From Phallusia mammillata (lineage: Eukaryota): a DNA stretch of 64,000 bases. How positions within the stretch are numbered: the first letter of the stretch is position 1; each line of letters starts with the position of its first letter. Location: contig OZ281500.1 in the NCBI GenBank assembly GCA_965637545.1, forward strand, positions 6,510,001 through 6,574,000, given 5' to 3'. The position numbers and the translations under genes were made by a program. This document shows positions 11,301 to 23,900 of the stretch, piece by piece. The notes beneath the pieces were generated by a model. The model did no database searches and was not told the DNA's origin. It saw only the letters and a program-made list of their open reading frames with translations.

Positions 11301-11651
11301 TTGTAGTCAAAAAAGTATTTAGTGGTGAATCAAAAATCACTTAACAAATATAATATATATATATACATAGGTTTAAACAGGGCTTGACAAAACCAATGCA
11401 ATTTGTCGATTGCAACAGCAATTTGATCCTTTAAAAGGCCGTGAGGACTATGATGCCAGGTTTAAAACAAGTGATGCCATGAAACGGGAATCTGAACACA
11501 GGGTACTCATTTAATGCTGCTCACAGTGGTCATCAATGTGATCAGGAAAATTGTGTATTTGTTGAAAATCTCTAAAATTGAAGGAATCATTTTAATCACC
11601 CTTACCTGCATTATCATTGAATCTTTTAATAGCAGCTTTTGGAAAAGACAT
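8302..11651 (-). CDS. HMMR: Hyaluronan-mediated motility receptor / RHAMM, N-terminal about 403 aa (11 exons)
   Basis: Begins MSFPKAAIKRFNDNAGSGPAPGQY (human HMMR from memory: MSFPKAPLKRFNDPSGCAPSPGAY), then EKEIRQLLQQCSDREKDL..LQKKNDFLMTK and coiled coil. Exons 11651-11606, 11236-11037, 10867-10784, 10576-10388, 10304-10227, 9648-9549, 9214-9149, 9078-8927, 8802-8702, 8568-8482, 8409-8302 are all phase-consistent. The last exon either uses a phase-2 donor at 8301 or reads through to a stop at 8235-8237. Confidence 0.9.
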
Positions 11652-12943
11652 TGTAAAACCAAATGTCAGCAGTTTTAAAATATGATGCTGCAAAATAGGT
11701 TTCGGTTCTATATGGTTAACATGCTTGACTGGATGATGCAATCAAAGAATTTAATCAAACTAAAGCATTAATAATCGATATGCTTATGTTAGGTTGGTCA
11801 ACATTCTTTGTAAAATAATCTGGCCCCAACCCATGTTTTTGTTCGAACCCTAATAACCCTTTACTTGTTTTTCTTTTTTGCTGAACTAAACTCCTGCTTC
11901 CATTGATTCAGCATTTCAGTATCTTACAAATTTAATTCATACGCTATATATAGTGTATACAAACTATATGCAATGTATAGAAACTAGGCGTCTTGTACCA
12001 ACGCGACCAGGGCAAACCGCAGAAAAAGGGTTCCAGCAAACACACAAAACATCGCATATATTTTGTTAAAAAACAGGTAAAAAGGTGAAATTTCACACCT
12101 GTACAGCTGTACTAAGTCGAGCATGCAGAATGGTGGGGGTAAGTGATAAAAAACACTATAATTTAATCTCAGATACCCCTTATGGTCTTAATATTCTTGA
12201 GGGTGGTTTGCGTATTCCTGAAACTGCGTAGTTTGCGTAGATTGTGTATTTTAGAGTAGCCCTCTTGTAAATACTTCCTTAGCCAAAATGCAATTTACTC
12301 GTTAAATGCGTCAATGTAAATCATTTACATGCAAAGTCATAGCACGTCTTATGACACTAATGGAAAAAGTGTATACTGTCCAATACAAAAAATCGACCTA
12401 TAAAGTCTAATCAAAAACTTAAAATCCAAACTTTAGTCCAAAACTTTAAACTCTAAAGCTATACTAGTTTCATTCATTGCTGACTGCAACAGCTTCTCAG
12501 TTGCATGAATCGGCATTTTAACGTCATGGCAAATTTGAATAATAGAGTGCAGTCATACAAAATCTTTTAAGACAACATTTGTAAGCAAAAAACAGTAAAA
12601 AAAACGCTAGTGTAATAAAGAGTCTCAATCAGCAACCGCAACAAACGAATTATATTTTTGAAGAATTCCCGCTGAACGTGAAAACTTGTTTTTCGAATCA
12701 GTGTGAAACTATAATTTTTTTTTCGGGGAGTGGTTGACAAAAATGTCCAACAAATGTCACATTTAATTTTTGTTTCAATTTAAATAGTTCAGTAGCATGC
12801 ATAACTTCGCATACAAAAATAGACTTTTCAATTGTATTTCTATGCTGCTGTTATAATACTACGCTACTTATTGTGGTTTTGGTCCATGTTTTAAGTAGGT
12901 TGAGTTTGTTTCGCTTGGTGAAAGAACACATAGCTACACAACG

Positions 12944-13375
12944 CAGAGTTGCAAGTCGGGCCGGGCTTTACGGGCCGGGTTCGGGTTCGGGCCGGGTTCG
13001 GGCCGGGTTCGGGCCGGGTTCGGGCCGGGTTCGGGCTTAGGTATTTATGAGAAAACGGGCCTAAAACGGGCCTGACTTTACGTTCCGTTTCCGCCATTTT
13101 TTAGTAACTATTCTCTGGCTTTGACCTAATGCCCACCTTGCTTTAAAACGTATTGTTTACCCCATTGTCTACTATTGTTCATTGTGTTTGTTGTCTTTTT
13201 TTCTCATCCTTTGTTGCGAGGCTTTCGTGGATAGGCCTGTCAATCAAAATTTCGGGCCTAAACGGGCTTCGCAAAAACGTTTCGGGTCCGGGCCGGGCTT
13301 CGGGCTTATACTTTCGGGTTCGGGCCGGGTTCGGGCCGGGTTCGGGCTCAGATTTCGGGCCCGCTTGCAACTCTG
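12944..13375. mobile_element. Non-autonomous hAT-type MITE (432 bp) with G-rich subterminal tandem repeats
   Basis: TIRs CAGAGTTGCAAG / CTTGCAACTCTG; perfect 8-bp TSD ACACAACG at 12936-12943 and 13376-13383; tandem CGGGCCGGGTT units near both ends. Confidence 0.9.
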
Positions 13376-14209
13376 ACACAACGGCTGGGCAACGTTAAAA
13401 CGTTAAAATTGTTAGATCAGTACCAATCGCGCTGTAGCTCCACTGTAATACGAAGCGTTGTATGGTGGGAGTTAACCAGAGATTTAAATCCATCTAAATT
13501 TCTAAAGATTTGAGCCTCACTTTCACGTATATAATATAAAAATGCTCTGTCTCACAACCAGGTAAGCAAATACACATCGCCATACTTCTAATTTTGGACA
13601 AACCAAAACGTTTCTTTCAGGTTTATTGGCAAGGTGTCTGCCAGCACACATGCAAAAAGAAGTACAAGGCGAAACATATATGATTATCTAAAGCAAAAAG
13701 CAAGTCTCCGTTCACTTGCCAACGGAACAACGAGGCGCGAGTTTCCCGCCAAACAAAATGCAACCTGCACCGATACCGACGATCACGAGGTGCTTTGAAA
13801 ATGCGAAAAAATGCAATTAAATAAACAGAAAATTCGTGCGAATCACAGTGGCACAAAAATCGGTAAAAACACGTCAGAGAATCGGCAAAAACAAATCAGT
13901 TACGTCAGCAAAACAACTGCGGAGCTATGGCAACGAGCTTAAACAGTACGAGGAAGAAAAATAAACAAAAAACAGCGCGGTCAGCGTTTAGCAGCTGAGG
14001 CACCCTCACAGTGGAGAACACAGAGGGCGTCGTCCTACTTCTGTGAGCGGCGAGTTTGGCCGGTAAATATATAGGCACTTAATCGTTCAAAATTTTGTTT
14101 TGGAAACTACAACAATACAAGTGGAAGTAATTGTGTTTTCATTCCACGTTGAAACGAACTAAACTTTGCATGTGTTTGCAATAGGCGCGGGTATGAGAAA
14201 AAGCTGCGG

Positions 14210-14904
14210 TTATGTCCTTCTCCTTCTTACAAATTTAACATTCCTTCCGGAATCTGCAAGTTCAGGATAAAGGTCCGCATCGAACGCAAATTCGACCGTC
14301 CACGTGGAAAGGGAACCACGCGAGAGAATCTCCTGTCTCTGTCTCTCATTCCACATTGTTTTTAGACCTTGTTTGATCTTAGCCTTTTCACGTGACCACG
14401 CATCCACCTCTGCCCTTCGTAACGCTTCACTTGCCACGCGATCACGCTCCACTTCTTCCGAGGAGTAGTCACTGTGACGTGATGACGTGCCGGAATTGAC
14501 GTAAAGAATTGTTATGACCGCATAACCGGTTTCAACGCGGATTTGTTTTTGATTCGTCGAGACCACGATTGGAGCATCACTACCACCAGGTGTCGCAGCA
14601 GTGCTACCACGACGTTGGGGATTTCCACCGTCAAGAATTCGGTCGTGGCCCGAAACAAGCCGTAGAGTTTGCTTGTCTTTTTCGAAAGAGTCAGGCGACT
14701 TGGCGAGGAAGACATTCGGTTTCCCTTCCAAGGTCAAGCTCATGGCAGCCGATGCTGAGTCAGCGTCTTTACCGAATATGACGTCAGCACCCTTAATGAT
14801 GCCACTAAGACGCTTTACGTCATCGGTCGCCGAGTTAAGCACTTGTGTAGCGATGCTACCACGGTCCACAATAAGCACGAGGCCTTGTGCAAACAGGGTT
14901 CCGT
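14210..14904 (-). CDS. TENM: Teneurin terminal exon: Tox-GHH / TCAP region
   Basis: EALRRAEVDAWSREK..WNERQRQEILSRG..LYPELADSGRNVKFVRRRRT-stop. Confidence 0.93.
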
Positions 14905-17900
14905 CTGAAACAAACAAATTTTAATGTTGAGAACAGCTCTATACCAATAGTGTTTCTTAAACAACGTAAACTATTATAACACTGATCAGACGTATATAAT
15001 TCATATACCTGGAATTACATCTTTTTCGTTTTGCATTTGACGAGTGGGCACAAGTACTGAAGGTGTAACTGTCTGGAGACTCATGTATGCCCTCAAGTGT
15101 TGAGAAAGCTGGCACTCAACGCTTGACTTGTCCTAAACCAAATGCTTTGTTAAACAAAAGGTAAAAAGCTTGCTATTACACTTGCTTAAACAGGCATTAC
15201 AACTTAAAGATTAAAATTTATTACATTTAAAACATGTAACTTATTTCGACAGAATACAACGTACCTTTTGTCTTGAGGCAATCTGTGGGTCTGGAGCAAC
15301 GTTCTGAAGCTTAAACCCGAGTGCAGTCAACCAAGACGAGGTATCGGTCATGTGATTAAACACTGGCACAGGGTTTACCGGGTCGACAACTTGGAAAGCA
15401 GTAAAAACAACGAGTTCTGTTCCAAGGTCTTTCAGTCGGTAAACTCCCGATGACGTCAGCTGACCCACTATTGCGTCATAATCAACTGCTTGCTGTAGCT
15501 GCCCTGTACTTTTTTCACGACTGGAGCTTTGGCCAAGGACCGAGTCCGGTGTGATCTTGGGCGCCGATAGTGGCGATAAGGCTTCGCGATTTGCAAACCG
15601 AACTAGGCCGGTAGTGACATCATATATGCCCCCGCGGAAGCCAATGGCGACAAAGAGGGAGGGTTCAGAATCATGCAGAACTTGTCCGAATGGTGAATAC
15701 CTAAAACAACATTTTTGCATTAAGTTTCTTTGCAGAAGTTTCGACCTGTTGCCTGAACATGTCAACCGGACAATCGGATTTGCTCAGTATGATATTACAC
15801 TTACTTTATTCGCTTCACCATCTTCATTCCGCTGTTAAAAACTCCGATCGGTGACCCCATATGGTCACAAACGATTGACCAGACCTGACCGTCGCTTCGT
15901 TCCATAGCGAACAAGTGACCTTCAACGTCATATCGGTACGTTGTGATGCGATCTGCGAATGCAATGTGCGTTAAAACCTGTTTCTGAATCAAATGCTTTA
16001 ACGTTGAAATTGTTGGACAGGGTACAGATTTTTACTTACGGGAAGTTGCATTAAATGTGTGAGTAAGGCGATCCGGTTTCGCAAGATCAGCGTATAGGAA
16101 TCGAATCACTTCCCCTGTACGGACATTCACTCTTGTTGTGAGGCGACCGAAACCATCATACGCATATTTGATCTGTTGATTAAAAAAATGAAATAAATTT
16201 TGAAATACAAACTGACTGTACTAGGGATTTTACGTTGTTTGTTGATTAATTACCTCATAAGCGTCGTCTAATCTGTATGCGGTGGTCAGATGGCCCATGC
16301 TGTCGTATTCGAATACCTCGTTGCCTCTTTGCTGCAGGAAACCGTCCTTGTCAAAGCGGTACTGCAAGTCTCCGCAAGACGTCAATCTATTACAAAACCA
16401 TTCCTCAATATTTTGCAAGTTAAAACAATATACATTGGCAAGACATTGTAAAAACGCTACAAATTGATATTCTGTACTATTAACGTTTCCTTAAAGGATT
16501 CTGTTTTATGCAATTGATCACCGAAGTATCTTCACCTTCCATATTTGTCGTATCTCAGTGTCGTTAACACCCCGTTTTCTTCAATCTTTGAAAGCTTGCC
16601 ATCAGCGTCGTAGGTGTAACGCCACTTAGTGGTTCCATCAATGGCACACGACTTGAGTTCGCCTTTGCTTGTGTAGCTATACCCGACAGTAGTCACGTTG
16701 TCATCCAGCCCACTGACTGTAAGCAAGTCAATTCGTCCAGCCTGGTCATAGCTGATTCCAAGGTTATAAATTGGAGCCCTAATGAAAGAAATAAGCAGTT
16801 TGAAATATAGCCTAGGAACGATAAAATAAATGCTGTAATTTCCTGCAATTGTTACAACCAATGCGTTTTACCCATAAAGTGGATGATGAAAATATAGTTA
16901 TGCCTGATTAACGTACCGAAACATGTAAAGGCTGACACCAGTGATCCTGCCACTGTTTTGGGACTGCTTAGAAAGAGTTACAGTGTCTGTGCTGATTGTG
17001 TAGATCTGGTCGAAGTCGATGACCTTATACGGTCCGAATGTGGTTAACTTGCCCGAAACATCGTCGTAACTGTAGAACTCCTGCGGCAGTCTAGTTCCGT
17101 TTACCTTTACCTAGAGAACAAAACGCAATGTAAAAATGTGACCAAACTTCCGTAGAACTTGTATATATGTAATAAAATCGTTGCAATAACTGCATTTTTT
17201 ATGAGTGCCTAATTTTAGTCAAATACCACTTTGATCTATCAGAGCTTTATGTAACATTTACCTGAATACTGTCCAAACGCAAATTCACGTCGTTAGTGTA
17301 ATCAAACACGGCAAGTAGGCCGCCATCGGTCGATGACGTTACTGTATGACGTTGCACCAGAGGTCCATTCCTGTGAAAGCGTAGCGTACATCGGTCAGTG
17401 CTCACGGACACGATTTCTCCCGATTGAGGATCGCGCAGCATACTGGTGCGTGTGCCGTCATGCAGAACCTCGGTCATGTGACCGTGCGCGTCATAGCGAA
17501 ATATGCTTTTGCGTTTCTCACCTATAAGAAAAACCATAAGTCAAGAAGGTTGCACAAATTTTTACATTGTTAAAGTCGTTGTTTACCAGGATAGTAAACA
17601 GCCAGGGGACTTCCATGGTCATTGTTGTCCAGCACCAACATGTCGACGCCATCGGCGCCGATAAATGTCGTCCGAACGAAACCAATGCCGATACGTCGGT
17701 CAAGCGTGTATGTTAGTCCTGATGGCAGGGTCAGTTTGTGTAAGTTGCTGCTTCCGTCGTATGCAAAAGTAAAGTGGCCCGTGGAATGGGGTGGAATCAT
17801 GCGCGCCATCTAGTAAAAAATATAAGTAAGGTTACTTTTTGGATGCACACTGGTAAAGACTTTAATGTGGCAGTTATAATTCGAAATATTCTAACCAAAC

Positions 17901-20900
17901 CTGTTGGCAAACATGATAAAATAGCCCTATTGCGGTTTGATTAAATTGACAACTTACTAAATTTCCATATGTATAGCGCCAGGTGTTGCCATCTGGTGTG
18001 CGCACACTCTGCATGTTGCCGCTAGCGTCGTAAGTGATGTGTTCGGTGTGACGACCTCGTTGCCACGTGCTCGCGTGACCTTTGGGGTCATAGGTTACGT
18101 TTACAGGGCTTATAACGTTGTTTGGCATCCAAAGGGTAGGAAGTCCCCGATCGTTATACTGGAAATGTCCAAAAGATTATAGTTAACCTCCATACAACTT
18201 ATAACTGGAAGGTACAAAACTCGATAGGTTTTCGTGCAACATTTTACCCGTTGGTATTTAGGATTTTACCTGGACGCGAAGCATAAACTTGGCATGATCG
18301 TCATAAATCTTCTCCATTTTTAAAGCTTGAGAGTAATCCAATGAAAGGATGTTTCGCCCGTTAACAGCCATTCGTCTTCCTAGAAGGAACTGACTGGTGT
18401 GGGAACCAGATCCTAAAAAAATCGATTGAGTAAAACTGTGGATTTTCTAGCAAGGAATGTGGATAAACTCAGGATCTTACCGGCATCCTTCTCTTTTCTT
18501 GTTCTCCAGACGATCTCATTTTCCAAGGGGTCCGATGGAAGACGGATTGTTCTCTTAGCGAGGAAGGGTGCGGTCAGTCCTAAGACTGGATGCGGTTTTG
18601 TCTCCAGAATCAAATCGGAATCGTCAAGGTAGTGCACGGAAATAGAATTGTCAGTCCATCGCTTGTATGTCGTCATCATTGCACCTACAAATAGAAAATG
18701 ATGCTAAATTCAATTCTTGAAGGTTCTACTAAGCGGGCATTTCGATTTTGTCGATTTTGGTGAATTTTGATAGGTTACTGTGACCAAAAAGGGATATAAC
18801 CTTGAAAACAAAACCAATACAAGCTCTGTACGTCCAGTCAGTATATTCAATAAAGATATGACTAAGTTTAAGACTGTTGTTGGTACACCAGTCACAAACC
18901 TTCAGTGGTTGTAATTAGATCACATAGGTATCCAGGCTCGGTGCTGATCACAACATCACGACGCCCAACTCCCATTTTAGTCGATCCCGCCGATGTCGCA
19001 GCTGTTTCGATGGTGACCGTGTACCGGGTAGCGTTGACGCTGCGATGCAATGACGTCATCGAACCGGTTGGCGAAACCGCGGTGATGACGCGTCCGTAAA
19101 CGTCATAGATGTAGAACGACGACGCATAACGACCGTAAACGCTGGACAATATAAGACCACTGTCTTCGCTTTGGTAAGTGAATGCCGCGATTGGAGTTGC
19201 TGAGTCTAAACAGGGAAAAAATAATGTCAATTCTGTCTTGAAATTTTTAGAGCTATTTTTTCGCTGTATGTGTTATTTGTTACCTTGGACGATTCTGGTG
19301 ATATCTCCATCCCTGTTGACTGTTAGCCCAAGGTTCTGTCGGTTTGGCAAGGCGATCTGGAAAGGTCTCTGAACACACACAAAATAATGCAAATTAATTG
19401 CTATAGCAAACACTTTTCATTAACAGCAGATTCGTCTAGCACAATATTAACACTTTAAAAGTACACAAAAAAGTACTAGTGCACAAAATTTTATCGAGTA
19501 TGTTCTCACCCCGCTGGCATCATAATCAATTTGAAGCCGATTGCCATTCACATCACGGATCACGTGGAGTCGACCACGTGTTGTATAGGCAAAGTTGTAG
19601 AGCAATGATCCGGTGATGACGTTGCGGGTTTCCACGTGGCGACCATCGCGGTTAAATACGTACAGCTGATTGGCGTCCGGGTTGGCCACGTGATACTCAG
19701 CGCGGGAGTTCAGGGAAGGTAAGGAATGCACCACCTAAAATAAAGGACGTTTTTTTACCAGACAGCTTTTGAAGCAAAATTTAGTTTTAGACATTAAAAA
19801 GCTAACCGAATTAAACAAACAATTTGACAGCAATCAAACTAAGGCATACTTATGTAAAACGCGAATGTCCGAGTTGAACTTGAACCAATATTTTTTACAA
19901 CCTACTTTTCGAATTCGAAGATTCAATTGGTCAGCGATGTACACGCTGCCATCAGGTGTCGCTGTAACTGCGGTTGGATTGTGTAGAGAAGCACTGCGTG
20001 CAAAGTTGCCATCGCCAGAGAAGCAGTTGCACTCCTGAACTGCGCAATCACACTTGGAGTCGACACCAGCTATGGTGGAAATGCGCCCGCTGAAATAAAC
20101 GTATCCAAATTGTTTTAGGTTGAAACAGTAGAACTTGTGTTATGAGTGCTGTGAGTGTAGTGTGGTGGTGTTTTCGTATCTAATATATGCAACGTGCAGA
20201 CGTCGTATTGTCTGTCTGCAAAAGGAAGAGGCGCCTAAAATCTGTGTATCAATCTAAACGAGTGATAAAACAATATAGGTTTTACAACTTCCACATAAAA
20301 GTCGATATCCGTTTTATGATTACATATACAAAATCAATATTAAAGAAAGCAACTCCCACGCTAAATTCACCTGTAAGGATCCACCCTTCTGACTCTGTGG
20401 ATAAACTTTTGATCCGACTCGGCAATGATAAGTGCGCCATCTGCTGGTGAAACTGATATCGACGTTGGTGAGATAAGGCTCACTTTTCTGGCATCGCTAA
20501 ATTAAATAGGAAAAAAATTAAACTCTGTTTTTAATTAATATTTTTACCAAAGTAAAAAACGAACCGATCGTCTGGATTCTTGGCTACAGCCCTTGTGCAG
20601 TGTACCGGAACGCCAGCTGCTAGCGAGGCGTGACGTTGAGTGACGTCAATACGTACCACCACGTCACCATCAAGTACGTAAAGCATGTCATCCAAATGAC
20701 TGATGGCCAACCCAGTGGGAAATGTGAATTCGACCTAAAGATGTGACTTGTATTAGAAAACCCTTACCATTAAGTTTAAATCTGTCATATATATTTTTTC
20801 CCGTCTAAAAGATAACGAAAAATTAGAAAAATCTTTCTATAGGTTGAAATCTATCATAGATAGTGTTTCAGAATGAATTGGGTTTATACCTGGTCTAAGC

Positions 20901-23900
20901 TGATGGTTCCCGAGCATGGGATGGGTCTTGTTCCCGACACCAGCAAGCTGCCTGCAAATGTACTGACTGTGCGGGTCAAAGGGTTCACAGTTCGAATCCT
21001 TGTCCCATCCACAAAGTACAGGCGCCCGTTTTTATCCAAGGCTAGACCTTTTGGTGCTGACAGGCGAGCCGAGGTGGCTGGTCCGTTATCACCGCATTCG
21101 TCTATTAACAGAAGATTTTAGGTTTATTATAAAGCGTCGGCAATATAGCAACACTGTGTGGTATCATTCATACCATTTTGAAGGGGATAACAAGCAGCAC
21201 TATTTCCAACCACCACTTCATAGTTGGTTGGAAGTTCACGACTACTTCTTGGTGCTGACATGCGACGCAGTTTGTAGATCTGGCGCTCGTTTGGGTTTGA
21301 AAAGTAAAGAACTCCGTCAGAGGTAGGACTGACCGCCATGTAGTACTGCAATGTAAATAAATATTTTTTTTGCAAAACCAGATCTATATTTTTTCGACAG
21401 GATGAACAGATGGTGATTTTACCTTTGCCGGTGCGCTGCGTGTGGAGTAAAGACTGGTGGCTGTGCCATTCGAGTCGATCTTGCGGATGAAATTATGGTC
21501 GCCGACGTAAACGCTACCGGAGGTGTCGCTCGCCAAAGCAACTGGTGACAAAACTTGTGTGCGTGCAGCAGGACCTATAAGAAAACCATAGTTTCGGTGC
21601 TTGTAGTCTTAACTCCATGGATCAAACAGTTTTATTCCAAAAGTCATTTTTTTACAAGAGTTTTCGAGTGCGAATGGATAGAATACATTTAGCGACACAG
21701 AACCAGTCTAAACAAAATTTTAACAAACTTTAATAAATACAGGATTTTTTACTAATTTGATTATATTCCAAAACCATATGAGCTGCTTACCGTTGCAGCC
21801 GCTACAAGACTCATGTCTGGTCATGCCATTTCCCATTACAGTTGACATCATAGGGGGTTGCTCAAGCAGTCGCATCTCGCCCCCATTACCCAGGTGAACT
21901 ACCCCAGCTTCGGGGTGATAAGTGTGGTGGACGTCCAACGACCAGAGGTCCATGGCCGGGTGACCTTGAACGGTACTGACCAATGTTTTCCACACCTTTT
22001 GTGAGCACGCCTCGTATTCATAACCGACCAAAACTACAAAAAGTAAAAATGGTTAAAAACGCATAAAACATACAATAGATATAGGGAGATAACCACACAT
22101 ATATAAGAACTTGCATTAGACACGATATATTACCTTTGGCTTTGACGTTTCCATACACAGAACGACTATAGGCATCAGTTCTCGGCCATTCGTATGTGTA
22201 ACGGAGGTTGGATTCGGCCTCGAATTTTTTCTCGAATAGTCGACCTTGGATGGCAATCTTAAGATGGATCTGCAGGAGGTTGGCCGGTTTCTCCCCTTCG
22301 ACCAGCGAAATAGTGAGAATTGAAGTGTAACCAGATGCACGACTGCTGAGGTAAACGAGGGAGGTTTCTGTGCCTGGAAGGTTGACGGCTTGTCTGATTG
22401 CCTAAGGAACAAATATTGACATGAATCTAGGTAGTTATATCACTGAATATTCTAGGTGTTGAGTTTTGACTAAAAGTTATAGGCAAGTATCCACAATTGC
22501 ACAGAAGCTCGAAAGCAAAACAATCCAATTATTACCTGTGCCTCAGGAATAACAGTCCCTCTTTCAGCACACTGAGCAGCAGAGTAAGACCTGACGCTGC
22601 TAACGAGCACAACAGCACTTGGTTGAGCAAGCAGACTCGCATCACAGTCGGTCGAATCATACACAAGTTGGTTGGGTTGACTGGGTGTGCGCATTTTGAC
22701 GTCAGGGGCTATGACGTAATCATTCCAGGGTGCAAACACAGTCAGAGTGGTGGGGACAAATGAGGTTCGATGTACGGAGAGAGTGAGAGATCCTCCGCCG
22801 TTGACTAGTATGTCATACCTTTGAATTGAAGTATTTAATTTGAGTATTAGAGATGTTTATAGAACTATCACCTCCATATTGTATAGAATAGAAAACAAAT
22901 GCACTCATGTTTGATATAACAAAAATCAACTTACCATCCATCTGTCCTGGTCTTGGTTGATCCCAACTCAGGATGGTGAGCAATTTCCACCTCAGCGCCT
23001 ACTAGCGGCGACCCGTCAAGCGTTAGGACTTTTCCTCGTATCACGCTCACTTGTCTGTCAAACGCACATTGTATAATCCCGATTAAAAAGTGCGTCCCGC
23101 GGCGGTGGCCGGTCGCTAAAATCGACGTCTTAATCTATTTTCGCCACTCGCTTTTTAAGCAGTTTATTACCGGATGAGAGAAGATATAAATAGCCGGCAA
23201 GAGGCCAAGTTTGGTTATGCGTTGGCAAAGAGTCAACATATCAACACGGGTTGAAATGAAGCGTCGGATAAAGTAGATGTGGTGGCAATACGGATAAGTT
23301 ACCGGGAGAAGCGAAGTGTCGACTACAATGAGGCCGGTGATACAGATTTAATGGACATCAAAAACTTTTGGCGGAAATTAGGCGATTTTCTCCCGATTTC
23401 GATTTAAAGAGACGCGGTAATTTAACGCAAGTCGCTCATTAATCATTGCCTGCGCAGTATTTTATAACAGATTCAAAAATTACCGCCACTATTCATAATA
23501 GCAATAAAGCTTACTTTTGGTTGAATTTTGAGCTCTGGGCTCCTCGCTGAATGCCGTTGTCGTTAATAAGAAACCGAACTCGCTCGTAGAAGGATGATGT
23601 GGCTTTTAGTGGGTTCCTACCGTAGACGCGCGAGATCTCGTGGGTTGGATTCAGCGAGCCTCTACACTGGGTGCTGTGACTACAAGCACGCTGGGAACAA
23701 CAGTCTGGATCCTGACAATCCGTGAGCGTATCTAAAGAATAAGATGAACTGACGTCACTAAAACTGTATTTTGTTAAAAACCGTGTATATTTAGTTACCT
23801 GAATCAATTATATTTGTTTTTGTACACCTATATTTCATAAAATTAGTTTAGCTACAGGCAGTGCACATTATTTCGATTCATATGGTCTCATCAGTGCAAC

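Noticed and set aside
12958-13348. GGGCCGGGTTC array as a CRISPR, telomeric or Pro/Arg-rich coding repeat
   Set aside because: There are no spacers, and the array is enclosed by TIRs and an 8-bp TSD, so it is MITE subterminal sequence. The overlapping ORFs are by-products.
14210-19734. RHS/YD repeats plus Tox-GHH read as a bacterial polymorphic toxin or a recent horizontal transfer
   Set aside because: The region is split by many GT-AG introns and is contiguous with the EGF and TM exons; this is the known teneurin architecture.
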